A stretch of 64,000 nucleotides of DNA, taken from positions 863 through 64,862 of the forward strand of contig JBAZYY010000007.1 in assembly GCA_041659065.1 (NCBI GenBank). The letters run 5' to 3'. The translations under genes were made by a program, and so were the position numbers. Within the stretch, counting starts at the first letter, position 1; each line of letters begins with the position of its first letter. Below the pieces are notes generated by a model that worked only from the letters and a program-made list of their open reading frames with translations, did no database searches and was not told where the DNA came from. Of the stretch, positions 26,476-35,452 are shown piece by piece. The DNA is from Parcubacteria group bacterium. GTDB lineage: Bacteria; Patescibacteriota; Minisyncoccia; Moranbacterales; UBA11712.

Positions 26476-27687
26476 TCAATTTGTCTCAGGAGCTCTTGAG
26501 CCTTTTTTACGAGGCTGGTGATTTTTTTCGTGTCCATGTTGATTATTTAAATTTTTAAAAACGCATTCTCTTAATTTATGATCTGAATCAAGCTTATGCA
26601 TTGGCAGGGTGCATAAAGATTTATCCGGACAGTTTTTGCAGATTGCCTGCCCAGGCCTTTGGCGAAAAATTTTATAACCATTTTCCCAAACATCTTTAAT
26701 ATTATCCGTGCGTACATTTCCTTGAATGTAAGCGCGGTCAATGTGCGCACACGCAGATAATGAACCGTCGCAAAGAATCCCGAGACACGTTCTTCCGGCG
26801 ATACAAGACCATATATATGGCCTGACCCAGCCCTCCCATTCTTTTCCAAGCCAGCCGATGCAGCCTAGCTCAGTTTGTACGTCTTGATCGGAGGTTATAT
26901 GCAAGAGTCTTTTTTGTTTGATAAAATTTAATAAGCCTTCATATTCCGTGGAAGACAAGGCGAGGTCGCTTTTTCGGGATCGGCCGATATTTTCCAGGGG
27001 CAATAGCCGCCAACGGTGAGGATTTAATTTTTGGATTTCTAGCCAGAGCTTATCAAGAAATGAAAGAGTCTTTTTCGTGACGACAGTCGTGACTGTCAAA
27101 TGCAGCACTTCTCTATAGTCCAGGAACTTTTTTATCAGCTCAGTTGTCTGGCGATAATGGCCGGCTCGATTTCTTAGGTCATCATGCACTTTTTCCGGTC
27201 CATCAAGGTCGATTCCCATGCCTCGTACGCCTACCTCGATAAGTTGCTTAATTTTTTTAGGATGAGCCGCAAAGTAATTGCCGTTAGTTTGGAGAGTGGT
27301 TGTCCAGCCGAATGAATTCAACAGCGCAAGGACTTCCCAGATATCTTCGCGCACGAAAGGCTCTCCGCCGGTAATGGTGATGAATTTAAAATTTGAAAGA
27401 TTGATCTCGTTTTTAATCTGACGAAATGCGCTCATCACTTCCGCAGTGGACAGCTCTTTGCCGATCCCCTTTTCCTCTTGGGGCGACCCGCAATGCTTGC
27501 ACTTCATGTTGCATCTGCGCGTAGCTTCCCACTGGATTATTTCCAAAGAGCGCTGCTTGAATTTATTATCTAAATTATTTTTCCAGGATAGCCAGTGGCT
27601 TTCACTGACTCCGAATTTATATCTGCTTAGTTCCATAAAATTATGTCTGCTGCATTTGTGAAGAAAAAATATAATATAAACTGGCAA
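26476..27687 (-). CDS. radical SAM protein with a C-terminal Cys-rich (SPASM/twitch-like) extension. Possible start at 27636.
   Basis: CX3CX2C (CNMKCKHCG). Downstream Cys clusters CIAGRTCLGILCDGSLSACAHID...CKNCPDKSLC. Confidence 0.65.
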   Translation of the reverse strand: MPVYIIFFLHKCSRHNFMELSRYKFGVSESHWLSWKNNLDNKFKQRSLEIIQWEATRRCNMKCKHCGSPQEEKGIGKELSTAEVMSAFRQIKNEINLSNFKFITITGGEPFVREDIWEVLALLNSFGWTTTLQTNGNYFAAHPKKIKQLIEVGVRGMGIDLDGPEKVHDDLRNRAGHYRQTTELIKKFLDYREVLHLTVTTVVTKKTLSFLDKLWLEIQKLNPHRWRLLPLENIGRSRKSDLALSSTEYEGLLNFIKQKRLLHITSDQDVQTELGCIGWLGKEWEGWVRPYIWSCIAGRTCLGILCDGSLSACAHIDRAYIQGNVRTDNIKDVWENGYKIFRQRPGQAICKNCPDKSLCTLPMHKLDSDHKLRECVFKNLNNQHGHEKNHQPRKKGSRAPETN

Positions 27688-27842
27688 GATTCAATGACGC
27701 TGAAAGCAAATTTGAGTAAAGTATAAAAAAGTTGAATAGGCGCTGCAAAAACGTACTATTTTGAATAAGATTCTGTATTCGGATTCTTACGACATTTTTG
27801 CCAATGGTAACAAGGGAGATTGTTTCCTCCCTTGAGAATGGA

Positions 27843-28571
27843 TTAATTACGAATGGCAGTTGCGAGATAGCTAATCGGGCACAACCTCGTTATCTCGCAT
27901 GCCAAGCCTATTCTTTCGAATAATTTCCGCAAATCATTTTTGGAGAACCGGCGGGAAAAGAGCCCTTCCCTAGTTTGAATTGATATAGAATCCTCCTTCT
28001 CGATTTTGAGGCCTAGTCTTTGATAATTTTCAATTTGTGCTTCCCGTGCGTTTTCCGAAAAAACGCTCAAAATTATTTTGCCTCCTGGTTTAAGTGTTCT
28101 TTTCATCTCGGCTAGGACTGCGAGTTCAAGGCCGGGCATATTGCCGAAAGTGGCGTTTACGCAGAGCGCGCAGTTAAAGGAGCCGTCTTTAAAAGGAATT
28201 TGCTGTGCCAAAGCAAGAGCTAAAAGGACACTTTGGATGTTGGCGAGATCGGACTTTGCCCTTTTAAGCAATGACCAGCTGAAATCAAGGCCGACGGCCA
28301 GATTCGCGTTACCTCCAATAATTTCCAGCAGTCGACCGTAGCCACAACCCACTTCGAGGATAACTTGAGTGGCTTTGACATTTTCGGAGAGGTAAGCTAT
28401 TTCAGATTCAATGAACTCCCTGATCGATTCGGGAGGGGAGAGGACCATATGTTCGAAATTGTTCGTATAAAAGAACTCTCTGACCATTCTTTGCAGTCCG
28501 TCTATCGTATCCATCAACTGCCTCCTTGCTTGATAATTAATCCCTTTATTGTATAATTTGCTAAAGGGCAC
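27843..28571 (-). CDS. class I SAM-dependent methyltransferase
   Basis: Motif I VLEVGCGYGRLL. Confidence 0.75.
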   Translation of the reverse strand: MPFSKLYNKGINYQARRQLMDTIDGLQRMVREFFYTNNFEHMVLSPPESIREFIESEIAYLSENVKATQVILEVGCGYGRLLEIIGGNANLAVGLDFSWSLLKRAKSDLANIQSVLLALALAQQIPFKDGSFNCALCVNATFGNMPGLELAVLAEMKRTLKPGGKIILSVFSENAREAQIENYQRLGLKIEKEDSISIQTREGLFSRRFSKNDLRKLFERIGLACEITRLCPISYLATAIRN

Positions 28572-28697
28572 TGTATTGTATAATAGGCTTTGTATATATT
28601 CAATAAATATTGAATGATAAAAATATTAGAATAGGATATAAACATAAATTAAGGCTTATAAATAACTATTTATTTGATACAGAAAGTGAGATAATAG

Positions 28698-28715
28698 TAT
28701 TCGGTTAACACCGAA
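28698..28715 (+). promoter_or_regulatory. perfect inverted repeat ATTCGGT-TAAC-ACCGAAT, 20 nt upstream of TrmB paralog 3. Candidate operator.
   Basis: 7-bp arms with a 4-nt spacer in the divergent intergenic region. Confidence 0.3.
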
Positions 28716-28735
28716 TAAATAATTTTAGTTAGAAA

Positions 28736-29485
28736 ATGGATATTCTAAAGATATTAGAAAAAATTGGAATGCGCGAAAAAAGAGCTGAGGTCTATCTGGC
28801 TTGTCTTGAAATGGGAGGAGCGACCGCATACGCAGTTGCAAAGAAAGTCGGTCTTAAGCGACCAACAGTTTATGATATCCTAAACCAGCTTATGATTGAG
28901 GGGTTGGTGTATAAGTCCTATAAGGGCACTGTTAAATATTATTCCCCAGCTGATCCGCAAAAGCTCGTAGATTCAATAGCTGAAACGGAAAGTAAGCTCA
29001 AAAGTGCGATGCCGATACTTCAGAATCTGTATAATTCACCCAAAGCTAAACCGCTCATAAGATATTTTGAGGGAAAAAACGGAATCAAAGAAATGGTAGA
29101 AGATACTTTGAGGACTCTCAAGAAGGGGGATGAAATACTGGCATACGTCGGGCAAGATGTTTTGAAATATTTTCCGGTCTATATGAAAGACTATGTCAAA
29201 AGAAGAGCGGAAAGAGGGATTAGGCTAAGGGGTATATATAAAAAGGAAAAGGACATCATGGAATATATGAAGGGGAATCAGGAGCAATTGCGGGTCGCAA
29301 GGGTCCTGGATGAAAAACATTTTCCAGTGGATAATGAAACGAATATATATAAAAACAAAGTGGCGATTGCAAGCTACGGGCAGGAAATGTTTGGAATGAT
29401 TATCGAGTCGGAAGAAATCGCGCGGTCGCAAAGAGCGATCTTCGAATTGGCATGGCGAGGAAGTGAGACAATATCCAATTTCTAA
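28736..29485 (+). CDS. TrmB-family transcriptional regulator, paralog 3 of 4
   Basis: KIGMREKRAEVYLACLEMGGATAYAVAKKVGLKRPTVYDILNQLMIEGLV. Confidence 0.7.
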   Translation: MDILKILEKIGMREKRAEVYLACLEMGGATAYAVAKKVGLKRPTVYDILNQLMIEGLVYKSYKGTVKYYSPADPQKLVDSIAETESKLKSAMPILQNLYNSPKAKPLIRYFEGKNGIKEMVEDTLRTLKKGDEILAYVGQDVLKYFPVYMKDYVKRRAERGIRLRGIYKKEKDIMEYMKGNQEQLRVARVLDEKHFPVDNETNIYKNKVAIASYGQEMFGMIIESEEIARSQRAIFELAWRGSETISNF

Positions 29486-29558
29486 TATCTAATACCCAAT
29501 GAAAATCTTAAGATCAAATGTCTAATTCAAAATTTCGAAGCTTATTGGAAATTAGATA

Positions 29559-30194
29559 TTGGTAATTAGAAATTTTCTAAGTATGGCTTCTCAAATTGCG
29601 CATGTAATTTATACCAAAAAATATCTTGAGCAGTATCCCAGGGTGGATGCGGATCTTTTCATTCTCGGAACTCTATTTGTTGATATTCGGAGAATCGCGA
29701 AGGAAATTAATCGCTCCGCGACGCATCACGCTTTTCATAAAATAGATCTCAACTTTTCCGATTTAAGTGCTTTTCAAGCCGGGTGGAAATTTCACTTATG
29801 GTGTGATATGAAAAGAGAAGAAATTCTGAATAAATATAAGTTCTATTTGCTCAAGCACACGACCGAACTCGGGCATCTGCCTGCGAAGCTTCTTGAGGAT
29901 GAAATTCTTTATGGCAAATATGACAATTGGGAAAAACTGGGATATCTGCTAAACAATCCCCCTGTCATCAAGCTGGATTTGCCGATCGAACAAAAAACGA
30001 TTGAGAGATGGTATGCGATTATAGCCAAATATTTTGAGAAAAAACCGGACGACAAAACCATGAAGGCTTTTCTTTTCAAACAATCGTCACTAAGGAAAAA
30101 GTCGGCCGACATTGTTGACGTCGTGCGCAAGTTGCGGAATAATCGAATAGCGGCAGAAATCCTGTCTGGAGTTCCAGGTGAAATTCTAGGGTGA
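29559..30194 (+). CDS. hypothetical protein with several His residues. Possible start at 29583.
   Basis: ORF only. No family recognised. Confidence 0.4.
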   Translation: MVIRNFLSMASQIAHVIYTKKYLEQYPRVDADLFILGTLFVDIRRIAKEINRSATHHAFHKIDLNFSDLSAFQAGWKFHLWCDMKREEILNKYKFYLLKHTTELGHLPAKLLEDEILYGKYDNWEKLGYLLNNPPVIKLDLPIEQKTIERWYAIIAKYFEKKPDDKTMKAFLFKQSSLRKKSADIVDVVRKLRNNRIAAEILSGVPGEILG

Positions 30195-30210
30195 GCGAAT
30201 TTGTTTTTAA

Positions 30211-30281
30211 CGGGCTGTGGTATAGTGGCATTACGCGCGATTCGGGTTCGCGTAATCCGAGTTCGATTCTCGGCAGCCCGA
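30211..30281 (+). tRNA. tRNA-Pro(CGG)
   Basis: CGGGCTGTGGTATAGTGGCATTACGCGCGATTCGGGTTCGCGTAATCCGAGTTCGATTCTCGGCAGCCCGA. Confidence 0.85.
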
Positions 30282-30285
30282 CAGT

Positions 30286-30666
30286 ATGATTCTTGTCCAA
30301 AAAGCTGCAATAAAAAAAGAAGACAAATATTTGATTCTGCTACGTTGTCCGGAGAATAATACTTTTCCTTTGTATTGGGATTTTCCCGGTGGAAAGTTAA
30401 AGAAGAATGAAAATCCGATTGACGGAATCAAAAGAGAGGTGCGGGAAGAAACTAATTTGGAGATTGAGCCCCTGGGGATTGAGGGGATATATGAGATGGC
30501 TGTAAATGATTCTGATTGCAGGTTTACCATTTATTCAACTCAGCCATCATCCGGCGATGTTAAATTAAGCTCGGAACATGTAGCATGCAGGTGGGCTGAT
30601 AAAAATGAAATTCTGAGTTTGAAAGTTGAACCATACCTAATAATGTATTTTAATGACCACAAATAA
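30286..30666 (+). CDS. NUDIX hydrolase
   Basis: Nudix box GGKLKKNENPIDGIKREVREETNL. Confidence 0.65.
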   Translation: MILVQKAAIKKEDKYLILLRCPENNTFPLYWDFPGGKLKKNENPIDGIKREVREETNLEIEPLGIEGIYEMAVNDSDCRFTIYSTQPSSGDVKLSSEHVACRWADKNEILSLKVEPYLIMYFNDHK

Positions 30667-30669
30667 TTT

Positions 30670-31083
30670 ATGAAAAATATTCCCCGAGTTGGTATCGGAG
30701 TGATAATTAGAAAAGATAATAAAGTGCTCCTTGGAAAAAGAAAGAATGCGCATGGCGAAGGCACTTGGTGCTTTGCGGGCGGGAAACTTGAATATGGCGA
30801 AACATGGGAAGAATGTTCGGAGAGGGAGGTCGCGGAAGAAGTTGGGCTTAGAGTAAAAAATATTCATTTCAGCGGGATGGTGACGAATGATATTTTCCAG
30901 GAAGAGGGGAAGCATTACATTACTATCTTCATGATTTGCGATTATGTTTCAGGCGAAGCAAAAGTTATGGAACCGGATAAAGCGGAAAGATGGGATTGGT
31001 TTCTATGGAAAGCACTACCGGAGCCTTTGTTTTTGCCGATCCAAAATTTATTAAAGCGAAATTTTAATCCGTTCGAGATATGA
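30670..31083 (+). CDS. NUDIX hydrolase, MutT-like
   Basis: Nudix box GGKLEYGETWEECSEREVAEEVGL. Confidence 0.7.
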   Translation: MKNIPRVGIGVIIRKDNKVLLGKRKNAHGEGTWCFAGGKLEYGETWEECSEREVAEEVGLRVKNIHFSGMVTNDIFQEEGKHYITIFMICDYVSGEAKVMEPDKAERWDWFLWKALPEPLFLPIQNLLKRNFNPFEI

Positions 31084-31661
31084 AAATAATTCTCGCTACA
31101 ACTTCGCCTTATCGAAGAAAAGCATTCAAAGAACTTGGCCTGCAGTTTTCGGTTGCCGAAAGCAAAGCCAAAGAAAATTTTCCGAATCGACCCAATGATC
31201 CCAAAAAGCTGGTAAAAATGCTCGCGCGGATCAAAGCGGAAGCTGTCGCAAAAAGATATCCGAATGATTTTGTGATCGGATGCGATTCGGTTGGATGTTT
31301 CGGTGGAAAAATTTTTGAAAAACCCAAATCGAGAAAAGAAGAATTTGAACGGCTAAAAATGCTGTCGGGAAAGATCTTCTCATTTTACACGGGCGTATGC
31401 GCGCTAAAGCTGGATCGGAAAATAATTTTGGAGCGAGTCGTTGAAACGAAGGAAAAAATGAGAAAGATCAGCGATATGGAAATCAAAAAATATTTAGGTC
31501 AAGATCCTAATTTCAACACATACGCCATGGGATTTGATCCCTGCAAGCATTACAGTTCAACTTTTGTAAAAAGCATCAACGGCAGTCATAATAATTTCCT
31601 TTTGGGGTTTCCAATGGAAGATATCATGGAGATGTTGTTCGAGATGGGTTATACGTTATAA
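31080..31661 (+). CDS. maf: Maf-family nucleoside triphosphate pyrophosphatase
   Basis: MKIILATTSPYRRKAFKELGL...IGCDSV. Confidence 0.8.
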   Translation: MKIILATTSPYRRKAFKELGLQFSVAESKAKENFPNRPNDPKKLVKMLARIKAEAVAKRYPNDFVIGCDSVGCFGGKIFEKPKSRKEEFERLKMLSGKIFSFYTGVCALKLDRKIILERVVETKEKMRKISDMEIKKYLGQDPNFNTYAMGFDPCKHYSSTFVKSINGSHNNFLLGFPMEDIMEMLFEMGYTL

Positions 31662-31670
31662 AATATCAAT

Positions 31671-32024
31671 ATGGGCATTAAAGTCGAATTCAATCCGGAT
31701 CTTGCGCTGCGCGATATTTCGGAATTCAAAGCCGGAAGGAGAAAAGAGGAAGAGTGTATTCCGGAAAATCTGAAGGAGGGCAAAACTTACCCCTTTCTCA
31801 AAAAGGACCAGCGAAATTACTGGATGCACGGGGAAGTGCCGCTTCTCGAAACCAAAGGCAATGAAGTGCTATCTCGCCCGAAAGCCAGCATCGTAATCCT
31901 AGAGGCAACCCATTTTGCGGAGAACGGGCAGATGTTTACGAAAGGGAAATACAGAGTAATCGAAGTATTTCGGGACGATAAACTTCACTTTGAATGCTTT
32001 GATAAGGTAGGCACGCGGAAATAG
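31671..32024 (+). CDS. hypothetical protein, possibly ASCH/PUA-like
   Basis: ORF only, 117 aa. Confidence 0.35.
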   Translation: MGIKVEFNPDLALRDISEFKAGRRKEEECIPENLKEGKTYPFLKKDQRNYWMHGEVPLLETKGNEVLSRPKASIVILEATHFAENGQMFTKGKYRVIEVFRDDKLHFECFDKVGTRK

Positions 32025-32323
32025 GACTATATACATAAGTGGGATAAGTACTATTAAAAAACCAAATTCATCCTGCGGACACTCCGAATGAGCAACGCGG
32101 AGTCGATCACTTGGCATGGCAATGATAAAGATGTTGCCAAAGGCACAACACAATGCCTTATCCGCTTTACTTGAGCCATGTTAAGCTGTGGCTGAAAAAT
32201 TCTGTTCGCGAGGGGAAAAAGAAAACCAGAAAGAAGGATGAGTATTCGGACAGCTATGTTTTTTCTAAAATAAAATAGAGCCTGGTCTTGTAATAATATT
32301 ATAAGAAGATATAATATAGGCAT

Positions 32324-32638
32324 ATGAAGGATTCGACGAGTGATAAAAATGAAAATCAGCCATCTGATTGGAAAGAAAAAGTCGAGGGATATCTCGGCGA
32401 GTTTGCGAAGCATTTGGCGGGCGGATTCGTGGAGAGGGTAAAAGAACGGGTACGCGAAATAATCGTGGCGATTCAGAAAAATGTCGTGGGGATGTTTTTA
32501 ATGCTCATTGGTTTCATCTTTGTCTTAATCGCGCTTGTTATTTTCATAAACGAACTGGTGGGTATCAGCAACGGCCTAGGCTACGCCGTGGTTGGCGTGG
32601 TAATTCTCTTAGTAGGGTTAATAATAATTAAAAAATAA
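32324..32638 (+). CDS. small membrane protein, holin-X-like / DUF1469-like
   Basis: Charged N-terminal half followed by two TM helices (MFLMLIGFIFVLIALVIF...VVGVVILLVGLIII). Confidence 0.45.
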   Translation: MKDSTSDKNENQPSDWKEKVEGYLGEFAKHLAGGFVERVKERVREIIVAIQKNVVGMFLMLIGFIFVLIALVIFINELVGISNGLGYAVVGVVILLVGLIIIKK

Positions 32639-32684
32639 TTCCAGACTAATTTCGCTTTGCGCAATAGTATGGAGCAAAAATTCC

Positions 32685-32912
32685 ATGGCTACAAAAGACA
32701 CAAAAAAGAAAGTCGAGGAAGCAAAAAAGAAAATGCAGGCAATGGTCGCGAAAGAGCTCAAGAGAGCTAAAGTTGAAATGGCGAAAGCTGCCAAGAAAGT
32801 CGAGGATTTCGTAAAGAAAAATCCGGAAAAGGCAGCCGTAATTTCAGCTGGTATCGGGGCGGCGATTGGCGCGGCAATTGCTTCTTTGGTTATGAAAAAA
32901 AAGAAAAAGTAG
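32685..32912 (+). CDS. DUF883 / ElaB-YqjD-like membrane-anchored protein
   Basis: Lys/Glu/Ala-rich helical region followed by C-terminal AAVISAGIGAAIGAAIASLV anchor. Confidence 0.5.
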   Translation: MATKDTKKKVEEAKKKMQAMVAKELKRAKVEMAKAAKKVEDFVKKNPEKAAVISAGIGAAIGAAIASLVMKKKKK

Positions 32913-33016
32913 GATATTTGCTTCCGATTAGCTCGCAAACCCCAGTCAGCGCTGGGGTTTTACATATGCCCGTGAATTCGCTAGTATTCTATTGGGTATA
33001 AATTTAAAATATTCTT

Positions 33017-33310
33017 ATGAAAATTATTATTGATAATCCAAAAACAAGCGTGGCAAATTTTTTCCGCCGCGCCGGTTATCATTTTCAGAAAAACGAAGGC
33101 GATGAGATGGCGTTCATCCGGCAGCTTACGGATCAGCCTTTTCCAAGACTCCATTTATTCTGCAAGATAGTGGACTACAAATTCCAGATTAATATCCATA
33201 TTGATCACAAGCGGACAAGCTATGAAGGCACTAGCATGCATAGCGGTGAATACGGTGAAGACAATGATCTATTGAGTGCGGAGGTGGAGCGGCTGAAGAG
33301 AAATGGCTAG
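33017..33310 (+). CDS. hypothetical protein
   Basis: ORF only, 97 aa. Confidence 0.3.
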   Translation: MKIIIDNPKTSVANFFRRAGYHFQKNEGDEMAFIRQLTDQPFPRLHLFCKIVDYKFQINIHIDHKRTSYEGTSMHSGEYGEDNDLLSAEVERLKRNG

Positions 33311-33336
33311 CGGCTAAAACTAGTAAATATATTTAA

Positions 33337-33380
33337 CGGGCCTGTCGTATAGTGGCAATACACGGCATTCGCACCCGAAG
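33337..33380 (+). other. tRNA 5'-half-like fragment: Pro-type acceptor strand and D-arm, degenerate anticodon region
   Basis: CGGGCCTGTCGTATAGTGGCAATAC... is nearly identical over ~25 nt to the 5' end of tRNA-Pro(CGG) at 30211. Direct repeats tttaacgggccKgtc at 33331 and 33471 bracket the intact tRNA-Ala(CGC). Confidence 0.35.
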
Positions 33381-33396
33381 AAAATTTTGGAAAAGT

Positions 33397-33467
33397 GGGC
33401 TCGTAGTTCAGTGGTAGAACGGTGCATTCGCATTGCATAAATAGGGGTTCGATTCCCCTCGAGTCCA
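33397..33467 (+). tRNA. tRNA-Ala(CGC)
   Basis: GGGCTCGTAGTTCAGTGGTAGAACGGTGCATTCGCATTGCATAAATAGGGGTTCGATTCCCCTCGAGTCCA, with G3:U70. Confidence 0.8.
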
Positions 33468-33552
33468 AAATTTAACGGGCCGGTCACTTGGATGGAGTTT
33501 CACCCTACGGGTGACCACCCGCAAGGATAGGAAAAACTTAATAAAAGATAAA

Positions 33553-33638
33553 GGAGAGATGCCAGAGTGGCCGAATGGGCCGCACTCGAAATGCGGTAGG
33601 GCAGCAATGTCCTCGGGGGTTCAACTCCCTCTCTCTCC
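33553..33638 (+). tRNA. tRNA-Ser(CGA), type II
   Basis: GGAGAGATGCCAGAGTGGCCGAATGGGCCGCACTCGAAATGCGG...GGGGGTTCAACTCCC...TCTCTCCG. Confidence 0.85.
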
Positions 33639-33678
33639 GCAGAATAACAAAAAATACAAAAGATCTTTTTGCTAAAGT

Positions 33679-34220
33679 ATGAAAAAAATTTTAATAATCT
33701 CCGGAAGTCCCAGGCGAGGAAATACCGAATATATTTTAACAGAAATTTACAGCGGCTTGAGGGATGGAAGCGATTAATCCTACTCAGGGACTTGAAGTAC
33801 AGCCACTGTAAGGGTTGTTTGGCTTGCTATGAAACTGGCGAGTGCGTGCAGAGTGATGACATGAGAAATGTATTTGATAAATTATTAAAAGCCGAGTTGA
33901 TCATAATTGGTTCTCCGCTTTACTATGGCAACGTTTCGGGATTGACGAAGAGCCTTATCGATAGAACAATTCCTGCGTATGAAAACGAACTACTTAAAGG
34001 CAAAAAACTAATTTCGATTATGGTTGGCGGGGGCGAAACTAAAATTACCGCTAAATTTCATAAAGAAGCGATTAGAGGCTTTGTAAAATATAATAAACTA
34101 AAGCTTCTAAAAATTTTTAATTTTCAGGGGTTTGAAGCGAATGACCTAAGAGATGACCCTAGTGCAATGAAAGAAATTTCTAAAATAATAAAATCAGCAC
34201 TGGCTGACATTAGTTTATAA
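33679..34220 (+). pseudogene. NADPH-dependent FMN reductase / iron-sulfur flavoprotein family gene, interrupted by a 1-nt frameshift near 33774
   Basis: Frame A reads MKKILIISGSPRRGNTEYILTEIYSGLRDGSD*. Frame B continues ...LLRDLKYSHCKGCLACYETGECV...IIIGSPLYYGNVSGLTKSLIDR. Genuine pseudogene or sequencing error. Confidence 0.55.
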
Positions 34221-34240
34221 AACTTTACGCAGGAATTAAA

Positions 34241-34978
34241 TTATTTACCCTTGTTATGGGGCATGTAATTTAGGTTCTTTCGGTAATCGATAAAAAGCGG
34301 TTCAACTTTCCCATTATCTCTTTTTATAATTGCAAACTCGAAATATCCGGGCATATATCCGGTTTCTTTTATAGCTGAATATATGTAAGACCTCAATTCA
34401 GGATCTTCGAAATCATAAATCAATCTCCTAGTATAATCGTTTTTTACTGTATACTTTGGTGTCGCGGTTCCAGCGGCAATCGGATTCTGAAGGCCGAATC
34501 TAAATTCCAAATATATATTTCTTTCGGCATCAATAACAATATTACCGCCGCAAATATTACCTGGGTTTTCAAATATTTTAATATCAAACTCGCCTATACG
34601 GCTATCTTCAATATGTGTTCGAACATGCGCTAATACCTCCTCGCGTGTTAAATTCGCAGCTGCTGGAGGGCGGAGTGCCTCTGGGGATTTTGGAACGGGC
34701 GCAATGTAAAAAGCCTCTGTCTCAATTTGATCGAAATATTTAGCAGGATCGTTAAGAAATGTAGCTAGATCGACTCGGATACTTTTAAATCGCGGTAGGT
34801 CCATTTTTTCTAGATTCCTATAACCTTCTTCTCTCGATTCATCAAATGATTGCGCAAGCTTGAATTGTCTGTAATCGCCAGCGGCGAGAGCAAGCTTTGC
34901 CCAATTTCTTGCGCAAACTTCCATAGGCATATTTGGGGTGTCTTTGTCATCCTTTAATATTTGCGGGTCTTTTTCCAT
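34241..34978 (-). CDS. hypothetical protein
   Basis: ORF only, 245 aa. Confidence 0.45.
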   Translation of the reverse strand: MEKDPQILKDDKDTPNMPMEVCARNWAKLALAAGDYRQFKLAQSFDESREEGYRNLEKMDLPRFKSIRVDLATFLNDPAKYFDQIETEAFYIAPVPKSPEALRPPAAANLTREEVLAHVRTHIEDSRIGEFDIKIFENPGNICGGNIVIDAERNIYLEFRFGLQNPIAAGTATPKYTVKNDYTRRLIYDFEDPELRSYIYSAIKETGYMPGYFEFAIIKRDNGKVEPLFIDYRKNLNYMPHNKGK

Positions 34979-35074
34979 TAGTCAAAAGATTTAATATTGT
35001 TACTCTTATTCTATTATCTTACACGTATTTAAAGCAAACTTACAGGAATAGATTTTTTGCGCAGTTAGTGTAAT

Positions 35075-35434
35075 ATGAGAGGAGTGAAGGCTAGGGTACC
35101 TAATTTTATGGGCAAGCTAAATTTAGAAGATTTAAATCAATTAATTCTCGCGCAGGCCAAGGAGAAGGGATTCAGAGTTAAGCCGGTTGAGATGAATGTG
35201 CCCGAGAAGATTGCGTTGATTCACTCAGAAATATCGGAAGCCTATGAAGCCTATCGGCATAAAAAATTTAGAGGGAAGGATAATTTTGCGGAGGAGCTGG
35301 CAGATGCCATAATAAGAATAATCCATCTGGGAGGAGTTTACGGCGCAAATCTCGAGAAAGAAATATTAAAGAAAATGAAAACCAATCAAAAGATAAATTG
35401 GGATTGGAATAAGATGAATGAGAAGCATGCCTAA
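35075..35434 (+). CDS. MazG-like (all-alpha) nucleotide pyrophosphohydrolase
   Basis: IALIHSEISEAYEAYR...EELADAIIRIIHLG. Confidence 0.6.
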   Translation: MRGVKARVPNFMGKLNLEDLNQLILAQAKEKGFRVKPVEMNVPEKIALIHSEISEAYEAYRHKKFRGKDNFAEELADAIIRIIHLGGVYGANLEKEILKKMKTNQKINWDWNKMNEKHA

Positions 35435-35452
35435 TCGCAGTAATATGAAATT

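Noticed and set aside
26388-26537. Treating the 49-aa overlapping ORF as a confidently annotated RiPP precursor gene
   Set aside because: It has a 62-nt out-of-frame overlap with the radical SAM 3' end, no Shine-Dalgarno sequence, and an in-frame stop 9 nt upstream. It is kept only as a low-confidence candidate in the findings, not as a feature.
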